This document shows positions 9,820-19,067 of a stretch of DNA of 64,000 nucleotides, piece by piece; within the stretch, counting starts at the first letter, position 1, and the number at the start of each line of letters is the position of its first letter. Where the stretch lies: the NCBI GenBank assembly GCA_965279525.1, contig CBDIIB010000004.1, forward strand, positions 448,001 through 512,000, given 5' to 3'. The notes under the pieces were generated by a model, which was given only the letters and a program-made list of their open reading frames with translations, was not told where the DNA came from and made no database searches. Source of the stretch: Tagaea sp. Its GTDB lineage: Bacteria; Pseudomonadota; Alphaproteobacteria; CACIAM-22H2. The position numbers were made by a program, and so were the translations under genes.

Positions 9820-11016
9820 ATGGATTTCAAACTTTCGCCCGCCGTCGAGAAGACGCGCAGCGCCGTGCGCGATTTCGTCGACCGCGAACTGATCCCGCTC
9901 GAGGCGCACGACATCAACTGGGGTGACGGCGAGAACGTGCGCCTCGACCTTCTGCAGAAGCTTCGCGCCAAGGCGAAGAAGGCGAAGCTCTGGTCGCTGC
10001 AGATGCCCAAATCGATGGGCGGCGGCGGCCTCGACACGGTCGGCATGGCCGCCTGCTACGAGGAGATGGGCCGGGCGCTGTTCGGGCCGGTCGTGTTCAA
10101 CAGTGCCGCCCCCGACGACGGCAACATGATGATCCTGGGCAAGGTCGCGACGGCAGTCCAGCGCCGGAAGTGGCTTGCACCGATCGTCGAGGGCAAGGTG
10201 CGCTCGTCCTTCGCGATGACCGAGCCGCATCCGGGTTCGGGTTCCGATCCCGGCATGATGCTGACCACGGCCACGAAGAAGCGCGGCAAGTGGACGGTCA
10301 AGGGTCGCAAATGGTTCATCACCGGGGCCGGCGAAGCCAAGCACTTCATCCTGATCGCGCGCACGTCGGATGATGCGCGCAAGGGCCTCAGCGCCTTCAT
10401 GTTCCATGCCGACCAGCCGGGCTGGCGCATCGTGCGCCGCATCCCGATCATGGGGCCGGAGGAACATGGCGGACACTGCGAGATCGAATTCGACGGGCTG
10501 GAAATCGACGATGCCGACCGGCTGATGGAAATCGGCGACGGCCTGAAGCTGACGCAGATCCGGCTGGGGACGGCGCGCCTCACGCACTGCATGCGCTGGC
10601 TCGGCATGGCGCGCCGCGCGATGGAAATCGCGTTGCCCTATGTCGAGACGCGCAAGAGCTTCGGCAAGAAACTGATCGACCGCGAGGGCGTGCAGTGGCT
10701 GCTGGGCGAGGCCGCGATGCAGATCGAGATCGGCCGGCTTTTGACGATGCGCGCGGCCTGGAAGCTCGACCAGGGCGATTTCGCGCGCAAGGAAGTGTCG
10801 ATGGCGAAGGTTGCCGTCGCCGACGTGCTGCACAAGGCGGTCGATACCGCGATCCAGCTGCTGGGCGCGCGCGGCTATTCGAAGGACGAGCCGCTCGAAT
10901 GGATGTACCGCTACGCGCGTCAGGCAAGGCTGGTCGACGGCGCTTCGGAAGTCCACAAAATGGTGCTCGCCCGCTTCCTTGCGCAGGAGCGCACGGAGTT
11001 CTGGGCGTGGCGCTGA
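9820..11016 (+). CDS. Acyl-CoA dehydrogenase family protein (LvaC/ACAD11-like)
   Basis: APDDGNM, FAMTEP..GSGSDP, GRKWFITG, ARLTHCMRWLG, DGASEVH. Confidence 0.9.
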   Translation: MDFKLSPAVEKTRSAVRDFVDRELIPLEAHDINWGDGENVRLDLLQKLRAKAKKAKLWSLQMPKSMGGGGLDTVGMAACYEEMGRALFGPVVFNSAAPDDGNMMILGKVATAVQRRKWLAPIVEGKVRSSFAMTEPHPGSGSDPGMMLTTATKKRGKWTVKGRKWFITGAGEAKHFILIARTSDDARKGLSAFMFHADQPGWRIVRRIPIMGPEEHGGHCEIEFDGLEIDDADRLMEIGDGLKLTQIRLGTARLTHCMRWLGMARRAMEIALPYVETRKSFGKKLIDREGVQWLLGEAAMQIEIGRLLTMRAAWKLDQGDFARKEVSMAKVAVADVLHKAVDTAIQLLGARGYSKDEPLEWMYRYARQARLVDGASEVHKMVLARFLAQERTEFWAWR

Positions 11017-12344
11017 GACCGGACGCCCCGCCGCCCGCACTCGCCGGCTGGCTGATCGGCACGCTCGCGGCCGAACAGGTCCAGATCACGGCATGGCGCA
11101 AGCTGTCGGGCGGGGCGATCCAGGAGAACTGGGCCTTCACCGCGCGCATCCGCGGCGGCAGCCATGCCGGCACGCTGGAAGCCGTCCTGCGCACCGACGC
11201 GCCCACCGGCGTTGCGGTCAGCCTTGGCCGCGCGGAGGAATTCGAGATCCTGTCGGCCGCCCACGGAGCCGGCGTGCGCGTGCCCGAACCGCTTGGTCTG
11301 TGCGCGGATGCCGCCGTGCTCGGCAAGCCTTTCTATGTGATGCGGCGCGTCGAAGGGACGGCACTTGGCCACGTGCTGGCGAACGACGCCAAATGGACCG
11401 GCGACCGCGTGGCGCTGGCCGAAACACTCGGCGGCGAGCTTGCGAAGATACATACGATCCGCCCGCCGCGCGCCGACCTTTCGTTCCTGCCTGTCCCCGA
11501 CGGCAAGCCGGCATTCGCGGCGATCTCCGGCTATCGCGCCTGGCTCGACGGATACCGCATGCCGCGACCGGCACTCGAACTGGGGCTGCGCTGGCTCGAA
11601 CTGAATGCGCCGGCGCGCCGCACCGTCGTGCTGTGCCACCGCGACTTCCGCACCGGCAATTACATGGCCGACGAAAACGGCCTGACCGGCATCCTCGACT
11701 GGGAGTTTGCCGGCTGGGGCGATCCCGATGAGGACATCGGCTGGTTCTGCGCCAAGTGCTGGCGCTTCGGACAGGTCGCGCGCGAGGCGGGCGGCATCGG
11801 GGCCCGCGCTGATTTCCTGCGCGGCTATACGAAGGTGGCCGGCCGCGCGATCGACCCGGCCGCGATCCGCTACTGGGAGATCATGGCCCACGCGCGTTGG
11901 GCGGTGATCGCCCTCCAGCAGGGAGAGCGGTTCGTGGGCGGCGGCGAGATGTCGCTGGACCTGGCACTCACCGGCCGGCGGATCGCCGAGCTCGAGTACG
12001 AACTTCTTGCCGCGATCGATGCGGCATCCGCACCCGGTCCTTTGCCGTCCGGGCTGCCCGTCGACCGGCCGGATGCCGGCGAGCTTGCGTCTCTCGCCGC
12101 ACATGTCTTTGCCCGTGAATTGCTGCCCGCACTGGGCGATGACCGGCGGCTGCAGGGGCTGATGCTGGCAAGCGCGCTGGGCACCGTCGCACGCGGGAAC
12201 GCGGCACCGGCAGAGGCGGCCGACCGTTCGCTCGTCGGCGCGATCCGCGCCGGCCGGCATGACAGGGATGCGGGCCTGCATGGCGCGTTGCGCGAGGAAG
12301 CCCGCGCACGCACCCGGATCGCCAACCCCAAATATCCGTTCTGA
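11007..12344 (+). CDS. Phosphotransferase (LvaA-like) fused to LvaB-like C-terminal domain
   Basis: LSGGAIQENW, HRDFRTGN, LDWE; C-terminal ELLPAL...LML...IRAGRHD...IANPK; GTG start with GGAG RBS. Confidence 0.85.
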   Translation: MALRPDAPPPALAGWLIGTLAAEQVQITAWRKLSGGAIQENWAFTARIRGGSHAGTLEAVLRTDAPTGVAVSLGRAEEFEILSAAHGAGVRVPEPLGLCADAAVLGKPFYVMRRVEGTALGHVLANDAKWTGDRVALAETLGGELAKIHTIRPPRADLSFLPVPDGKPAFAAISGYRAWLDGYRMPRPALELGLRWLELNAPARRTVVLCHRDFRTGNYMADENGLTGILDWEFAGWGDPDEDIGWFCAKCWRFGQVAREAGGIGARADFLRGYTKVAGRAIDPAAIRYWEIMAHARWAVIALQQGERFVGGGEMSLDLALTGRRIAELEYELLAAIDAASAPGPLPSGLPVDRPDAGELASLAAHVFARELLPALGDDRRLQGLMLASALGTVARGNAAPAEAADRSLVGAIRAGRHDRDAGLHGALREEARARTRIANPKYPF

Positions 12345-13487
12345 CTACCAGCCGTTGACGCGGTCCCAGACGGCGACGATCTCGTCGTTGCCGTCGACCA
12401 CGTGGTAACGCGGGTACATCGCCGACGTCATGCAGACGTGGTTGGGCATCACGAGCACGCGCCTGCCGACCGGCCAGTCGGCAAAGGGCAGGGGATCGAT
12501 GGCATCCAGCCCGCGCCGCGCCGACAGGATGCCGTGCTCCTGATGGACGTCGAGCACGGCGAGATCCTCGCGCGGGCACGCCTGCCCGGGATCGCGGATC
12601 AATCCGTAGCCGACATTGTCGATGCGCCGGTTGGCGCCGGTGTCCTTGGACAGCGCCAGAGCACCGGCGTCGAGCAGCAGATGGTTGCGCCCGCGATGAT
12701 GCCCGATGACCGAGGCGAGCACCCCGACCGCGATGTCCTCGGCCCCGCACATGCCCAGCCCGTGCTGGAAAAGATCGAAGAACACGAAGTTTCCGGGGCG
12801 CATCTCGGTCACGCCCCGCAGATGGCGCGCATGCAGGGCCGTTGGGGTGGAGCCAACGCTGACATGATCGAACGCATGGCCCTTGGTGCGCAGGAACTCG
12901 GCTGCCTCGACCACGCCGGCCCGCTCGGCTTCGGCCACGTCCTCGATCTCGGCGATCCCGTCGCAACCATAGGAATGGCCAGCATGCGCCATCACGCCCG
13001 CGAGCATGCCTGCGGGGCCGAGGGCGGCCGCGATGGCGGCAAGCTCCGGCGAGCGCGGATCGACGCCGGCCCGCCCGCCGCCGGTCTCGATTTCGACGAC
13101 CGCAGCGAAGCGCACGCCGAGGGCCGCGCCACGCGCGACGATGGCGCGCGCGGCGTCGACATCGTCGGTCAGGATCTTGAGGGCAGGGGCCGCGCGCATG
13201 AGTCCGGCGACCCGGTCGAGCTTGGCGGGCGCGATCGCGACCGCGTAGAGCATGTCGGTGAAGCCGGCCTTGGCGAAATACTCGCCCTCGGCGAGCGTCG
13301 AGACGGTGATCGGCCCCGGCTGCCCGCCATGGACGGCCAGGGCGACTTCGGCGGACTTCGCCGTCTTCATGTGCGGGCGCAGCGTCACGCCCAGTTCCTT
13401 CGCACGTGCCTGCATGCGCGCCACGTTGCGCATCAGCCGCGAACGGTCGAGGACGAGGGACGGGGTCGGGAGATCGGCCAGACGCAT
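12345..13487 (-). CDS. D-threonine aldolase / DSD1-family PLP enzyme (fold type III)
   Basis: LPTPSLVLD, RPHMKTAK, HAGHSY, GSTPT, EMRPGNF, QEHG, PNHVC, WDRVNGW. Confidence 0.85.
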   Translation of the reverse strand: MRLADLPTPSLVLDRSRLMRNVARMQARAKELGVTLRPHMKTAKSAEVALAVHGGQPGPITVSTLAEGEYFAKAGFTDMLYAVAIAPAKLDRVAGLMRAAPALKILTDDVDAARAIVARGAALGVRFAAVVEIETGGGRAGVDPRSPELAAIAAALGPAGMLAGVMAHAGHSYGCDGIAEIEDVAEAERAGVVEAAEFLRTKGHAFDHVSVGSTPTALHARHLRGVTEMRPGNFVFFDLFQHGLGMCGAEDIAVGVLASVIGHHRGRNHLLLDAGALALSKDTGANRRIDNVGYGLIRDPGQACPREDLAVLDVHQEHGILSARRGLDAIDPLPFADWPVGRRVLVMPNHVCMTSAMYPRYHVVDGNDEIVAVWDRVNGW

Positions 13488-13501
13488 CGGCCGGCGAGGG
13501 C

Positions 13502-14749
13502 CTAGCGTGCCGGCGGGGTCGCCGGCATCATCGCGCGCATCAGCGCGTCGACATGCCAGCCCTGGAACATGCGGATGCCGACAGCCTGGCCGAGTTCGAA
13601 GGCCATCGGCGTCTCGCAGCGCCCCATGATGATGCGGTTGATGTCGGCTTCCGCCAGCATCGCCGCGAGACCCTTCATGCGCCAGTCTTCCGCATGGTCC
13701 TTGAAGAAGAAGAGCTTGACCAGATCGGCGCGCAGTTCCGAGCGACGGAAGAACGTCAGCGTGTCGGGCGTCAGTCCGTCGAGCAGCGAGCGGTAGCCGG
13801 CCTTCTGCAGCGTGTCGACGGCACGGTTGTAGGCCTCGAAGTCGGCGAACACGTCGTGGCGCGCGATCTCGATGATGATGTTGCCCTTGGCGATGAACGA
13901 GCCGATGCGCTGGTCGAACTCGCGGAAGCGGTCCGAAAGGATCGTGTCGACGTTGAGATTGATCGAGATGTTGCCCGCGGTCTTCGTCAGGAACCCTTCG
14001 GAAAGTGCGCGCAGCAGCCGGGTGTCGAACGTGCGCGTCATCATCTGGAAGAGGCCGCGCTGGCCGCGCATGTTGACGCGCGGCTGCAGCAGGTTGCGCG
14101 TGTCGTTGACGCTGAAATAGTACTCGCGGAAGATCGGGCGCAGCTGGTTGGCGGTCAGCGCGATCGAGATGGGCTGGTTGCGCAGCAGCGTCTTGGCGTC
14201 GGCCTTGCCGAACGCTTCGTCGAGCGCGCCAAGCACGGCAGGCGTCAGCGTCTGGAAACTCTGGCCGTAGGCCGGGCCTGCGGCTGCACCGGCACGCTGC
14301 ATGGCGCGCAGCCGGGCTTCCTGCTGGCTCTTCTGTTCCTCGAGTGCCGCCTTCGCATAGTCGTAGAAATCGGGGAACTGCGTTTCGAAGCTGTACCAGG
14401 AGCAGGCTTCCTCGATGTTCTCGTCGGGCATCCCGGTCGCCACGGAATGGCGGCGCAGCAGGTCGTCGAGCTCGGTGACGATGCTTTCGAACTGCTGGGG
14501 ATTGTCGACGCGGAACACGAAGACGATGTCGAAATTCGCGAGCGAATAGATCGTGCCTTCGGCGCGCTGCACCATCTCGCGGATGGCGTGAAAGATGACG
14601 TAATAGTTCTCGCGCCGGCGGTTGAACCACGCCTGCCGCTGCATGGAAATGACGACGGACATGCGCGGGACGGTATTGCCCGTGCGCTTGATCCGATCAA
14701 GATCGGAAAGAAGCGTTTCCTCGTCCGTCCGCTGCGGCGTCGTGTCCAT
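13502..14749 (-). CDS. Degenerate EAL-domain protein (probable c-di-GMP effector)
   Basis: QPI...EYY (in place of EAL), ISINLN, IIIEI, LDGL (in place of DDFG), DLVKL, IRMFQGW. Confidence 0.7.
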   Translation of the reverse strand: MDTTPQRTDEETLLSDLDRIKRTGNTVPRMSVVISMQRQAWFNRRRENYYVIFHAIREMVQRAEGTIYSLANFDIVFVFRVDNPQQFESIVTELDDLLRRHSVATGMPDENIEEACSWYSFETQFPDFYDYAKAALEEQKSQQEARLRAMQRAGAAAGPAYGQSFQTLTPAVLGALDEAFGKADAKTLLRNQPISIALTANQLRPIFREYYFSVNDTRNLLQPRVNMRGQRGLFQMMTRTFDTRLLRALSEGFLTKTAGNISINLNVDTILSDRFREFDQRIGSFIAKGNIIIEIARHDVFADFEAYNRAVDTLQKAGYRSLLDGLTPDTLTFFRRSELRADLVKLFFFKDHAEDWRMKGLAAMLAEADINRIIMGRCETPMAFELGQAVGIRMFQGWHVDALMRAMMPATPPAR

Positions 14750-14774
14750 CTACCGTCCTTGTCCGTCGAGTCCG

Positions 14775-14803
14775 ATTCTACCCGCGAGACTCATGTTTTG
14801 TAA
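14775..14803 (-). promoter_or_regulatory. Candidate promoter of the EAL-like gene
   Basis: Minus strand TTACAA-N17-TAGAAT; overlaps GANTC sites and an imperfect palindrome. Confidence 0.35.
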
Positions 14804-14977
14804 CGGATATTCCGTATTACATGGGATTCGGGCCGACCGGCAACCACAGCCCGGTCTGGGGATATCCCGATCCGGCCGGACAATACGGAACGGACAGGGT
14901 ACAGGGGGTAGGTCCTTGCCCGGCCGATGCCCGCGAATATGGCACCAAGTTGGTGGATTCCGATCCCGAGCCGCCGC

Positions 14978-16243
14978 TCAAGCGGTCGCAAGGCGATCGC
15001 GTCCGCCTGATTTCGCGTCATAGAGTGCTGTATCGGCCCGCTTGACCAGCGCGTCGACCGACGCGATGTCCGGCGTGAACGATGCCGTACCGATGCTGAC
15101 CGTTAGCGCGATCTTGCCGCCGGACACGGCGAACGGCGTTGTACGGACTGCGGCTAATATCCGCTCTGCCACGACAGCGGAAGGCTCCGCCGGCGTCTCC
15201 GGCATCAGCACAAGGAACTCCTCGCCGCCCCAGCGTGCGACCATGTCGACGCCACGTAGCTGCGCGCGCAGAAGCCGCGCCAGCTCCTGGAGCACGGCGT
15301 CGCCGGCATCGTGGCCATAGGTGTCGTTGACCTTCTTGAAGTGGTCGATGTCGATCATCATCACGGTCGCCGGGCTCGCGTAGCGCTTGTGGCGGTCGAA
15401 GGCCTCGGCCAGCCGCTCGGTCGCATGGCGCCGGTTGAAGGTGCCGGTCAGCGGGTCGGTGGTGGCCAGACGCAGGAGCTCGTCCTGCCGGTCCTTCTGT
15501 TCGCTGATGTCGCGGGAGATGACGACGAAGCCGGTCACGTTCCCGTCCTTGTCGGGAAGTGCCGTCACGACCGCATCGCCCCAGTAGACGCTGCCGTCCT
15601 TGCGCACGCGCCGGCCCTCGATCTCGACCGATCCGCGTCGCGAAGCGCGGGTCAGGACCTGTCCGGACGCATTGGCGTCGAACTCGGTCGGCGGGAAGAA
15701 AACCGAGACGTGCTTGCCGACGACGTCTTCGGCCGTCCATCCGCCGAGGCGATAGAGCGTGCGGTTCCAGTCGACGATCCGCCCCTCGAGGTCGAGCGTG
15801 TAGATCGCGTAGTCCTGGATCTGTTCGAATATCGCGCGGAACCGCTGCTGGTCCTCGTGGATCCGGCGTTCCTTCAGGGCCGCTTCGGTCACGTCCTGGA
15901 TCACGGCCATGAATGTCGGGCGGGCGATCCGGTTTACCGTCATCGACAGGACGCGCTGGCGCGGCCCCGCACCCGTCGATACGAGCCGCTGTTCGAACAG
16001 CATGCCCGCTTCGGCCTCGAAGTCGCGCACGAGGACCGGCAGTTCGGGAACCCAGTCGGACAGGACGGAGAAGAGGTTCGCCAGTTCCGAGTCGTGCGAC
16101 AGCGGCATCAGGAGCTGGGCGGCGAGCGGATTGACCATGTCGATGCGGCCGTCGGGCGCGAATTTCACGATCCCGACCGGGCAAAGATAGAAGAACTGGA
16201 GAAGCTCCTCGTGCGCCCGTGCAAGATCGTCCCGGTCGCTCAC
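14978..16243 (-). CDS. PAS-PAS-GGDEF diguanylate cyclase
   Basis: TDPLTG, DIDHFK, RGVD I-site, GGEEF active site; PAS/PAC (RKDGSVYW); start overlaps PYP stop. Confidence 0.92.
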   Translation of the reverse strand: MSDRDDLARAHEELLQFFYLCPVGIVKFAPDGRIDMVNPLAAQLLMPLSHDSELANLFSVLSDWVPELPVLVRDFEAEAGMLFEQRLVSTGAGPRQRVLSMTVNRIARPTFMAVIQDVTEAALKERRIHEDQQRFRAIFEQIQDYAIYTLDLEGRIVDWNRTLYRLGGWTAEDVVGKHVSVFFPPTEFDANASGQVLTRASRRGSVEIEGRRVRKDGSVYWGDAVVTALPDKDGNVTGFVVISRDISEQKDRQDELLRLATTDPLTGTFNRRHATERLAEAFDRHKRYASPATVMMIDIDHFKKVNDTYGHDAGDAVLQELARLLRAQLRGVDMVARWGGEEFLVLMPETPAEPSAVVAERILAAVRTTPFAVSGGKIALTVSIGTASFTPDIASVDALVKRADTALYDAKSGGRDRLATA

Positions 16244-16617
16244 GATGCGCGCACCGCCAGATACATCGAACGCGCGCCCGGCCGCTTGAGCATCCGCAGC
16301 TCCACCTTTCGCGGTTTCATGCGCAGCGTGAAGACGTAGTCGATCGTCCGGTCGAGGACCGTCTCGACCTCATAGCAATGGGAGACCATGAAATTGTTGG
16401 TGCACGGAGCGACAGCCGAGAAAAAGTGCCGTCCGATCACCCGGTCCTTGGCGAGACCGGACATCGCCGATTCCGAATTGTTGTAGCCGACGACGACGCC
16501 ATCGGCCGCCATCGCGATGACGCCGAATTCCAGGGCGTCGAGCCCGTCCGCGTCGAGCGTCTCGAGGACATCGATCAGGTCCGGCATTTCGAACCTTATG
16601 CCGCCCGCATCTGCCAC
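16240..16617 (-). CDS. pyp: Photoactive yellow protein (PYP) homologue
   Basis: LDALEFGVI, YNNSE (Y42/E46 equivalents), VIGRHFFSAVAPCT (C69 equivalent), YVFTLRMKP; GTG 16617 with GGGGA RBS gives 125 aa (alternative ATG 16650). Confidence 0.82.
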   Translation of the reverse strand: MADAGGIRFEMPDLIDVLETLDADGLDALEFGVIAMAADGVVVGYNNSESAMSGLAKDRVIGRHFFSAVAPCTNNFMVSHCYEVETVLDRTIDYVFTLRMKPRKVELRMLKRPGARSMYLAVRAS

Positions 16618-16665
16618 GCTTCCCCCGACTTGTTTGGTGCCGACCTCCATCTTCGGGGGCGGAAA

Positions 16666-16681
16666 GTTTACAATCGATTAA
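16666..16681 (-). promoter_or_regulatory. Near-consensus CtrA box upstream of pyp
   Basis: Minus strand TTAA-TCGATTG-TAAAC versus consensus TTAA-N7-TTAAC (one mismatch). Confidence 0.55.
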
Positions 16682-16700
16682 GACTGCGAACCGCTGGCGG

Positions 16701-17429
16701 CTACGGTACGGCTTTGCCCAACGGTCCATATATCCCTGCGAACGGCTTGCCCGACTTTACGTCGTCCATCAGTTTCAGGAGTGCGGGCTTGCCGTTCCTT
16801 TGCAGCCACGCCCGGATTTCGGCGGACGCTTGGCAATAGGTCGGCCGGAGGCGGGACCGGTCGTTCGTATATTGACCCCATGCATTCCCGCCCGAAAGCC
16901 TGGAGAGATCGTCGATGCCGTTTGCGGTCACGCCCGCACAGTCGGGCTCCCCGGACATGTAGACCGCGACACCCTCGTGAAACCAGGTCGGGGCACGGCC
17001 CGTGCCGAAGCGCGCATGGTGTTCGATATGGCTGAATTCATGCACGAGCACGTTCTCGGCAATGGGTCCCTCGCGGACGATCACGACGGTCGGACGCGGA
17101 GCCCGATAGCTTCCTCCCGGCCCGATGCTTCCGGTACCCAACGCCCTCGACCGGATATCCGGACCGGAGAAATGGATCGAACAGGCCTGCGTCTTGCAGA
17201 AGACGACATCCGGATCGGCAGACCTTTGCTCGCCGTAGAACTCGACGAGGCGGCGCTTTGCCCGTCCGACCATCGAGATGAGTCCGGCATGTTCGAACCT
17301 GCCGTACGCGGGGTCGGCATAGATTGCGTCGCCGATCTTCATCGGTGACATGTCGGTGTAGTCGATCGCACACCCGCACAACGCGAACGCCATTGCGAGA
17401 ATGCCGCAGTTTCGCAAACCCGATTCCAT
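16701..17429 (-). CDS. Putative lipoprotein, gluzincin/peptidase MA-like
   Basis: Lipobox-like LCGC; VHEFSH...PTWFHEGVA. Confidence 0.65.
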   Translation of the reverse strand: MESGLRNCGILAMAFALCGCAIDYTDMSPMKIGDAIYADPAYGRFEHAGLISMVGRAKRRLVEFYGEQRSADPDVVFCKTQACSIHFSGPDIRSRALGTGSIGPGGSYRAPRPTVVIVREGPIAENVLVHEFSHIEHHARFGTGRAPTWFHEGVAVYMSGEPDCAGVTANGIDDLSRLSGGNAWGQYTNDRSRLRPTYCQASAEIRAWLQRNGKPALLKLMDDVKSGKPFAGIYGPLGKAVP

Positions 17430-17591
17430 GTTGAATCTTTCGCATGTTGTTGATTGTATGTACTGACGGAGATGCGTTCTGAAATTGTGTCTTTCGATAG
17501 CATCGGGAATGCCGATGCGAAAGCGCGAATTCGACTTCGGAGATCCAGGCCGCGAGGGACCCGGCCGGAGACAAGGCATCGACGATGGAAA

Positions 17592-17681
17592 TGGCGGACG
17601 GGGTGAGATTCGAACTCACGGTAGGCTTGCACCTACGGCGGTTTTCAAGACCGCTGCCTTAAACCACTCGGCCACCCGTCC
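17592..17681 (-). tRNA. tRNA-Ser (anticodon TGA)
   Basis: GGACGGG/CCCGTCC acceptor stem, GCGGT-CTTGAAA-ACCGC anticodon arm, long variable arm, GTTCGAATC T-loop, encoded CCA; 90 nt. Confidence 0.97.
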
Positions 17682-17955
17682 TGCAGGGTTGCCGTTATAC
17701 TCAGGCCCGATCCGGGATGCCAGAAACCGTTCTTATTGCCGTCGCGGCGACCGAGGACGGAAATGTACGCCATCCGGCGCTTCGCGGTTGCGTTCGTCCC
17801 GGATTAAGTATGCTGTGGTTGCCGGCATCACGTTTGGAAAATGTCAGGTCATCATTCGTTAATCTGCGCGGGCAATAGTGTCGCCGTCCTGTCGACCGTG
17901 ACTCGAGAAAGCAAGACATGTCAGCCATTCGGCCGTTCCTTTGCCGGCGGACCTC

Positions 17956-19008
<1,053 letters not shown>

Positions 19009-19067
19009 ACGGCTCCGGGCGGTTGCGCAAGGCGGCCTGACGGCCCTAGAGTGCGCGCCTCGTGTCC

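Noticed and set aside
12345-14630. Apparent long fusion ORFs (761 aa here; also 21229-23169, 37500-38879, 7301-9148)
   Set aside because: Upstream extensions are off-frame read-through of neighbouring genes; true starts are internal
14790-14900. c-di-GMP riboswitch between the cyclase and the EAL gene
   Set aside because: Lacks the GEMM GCAAA/GNRA-receptor consensus; kept only as unexplained structure
14750-17591. att-site duplication of the tRNA-Ser 3' end
   Set aside because: No second copy of TGGCGGACGGGGTGAGATTCGAAC found by eye
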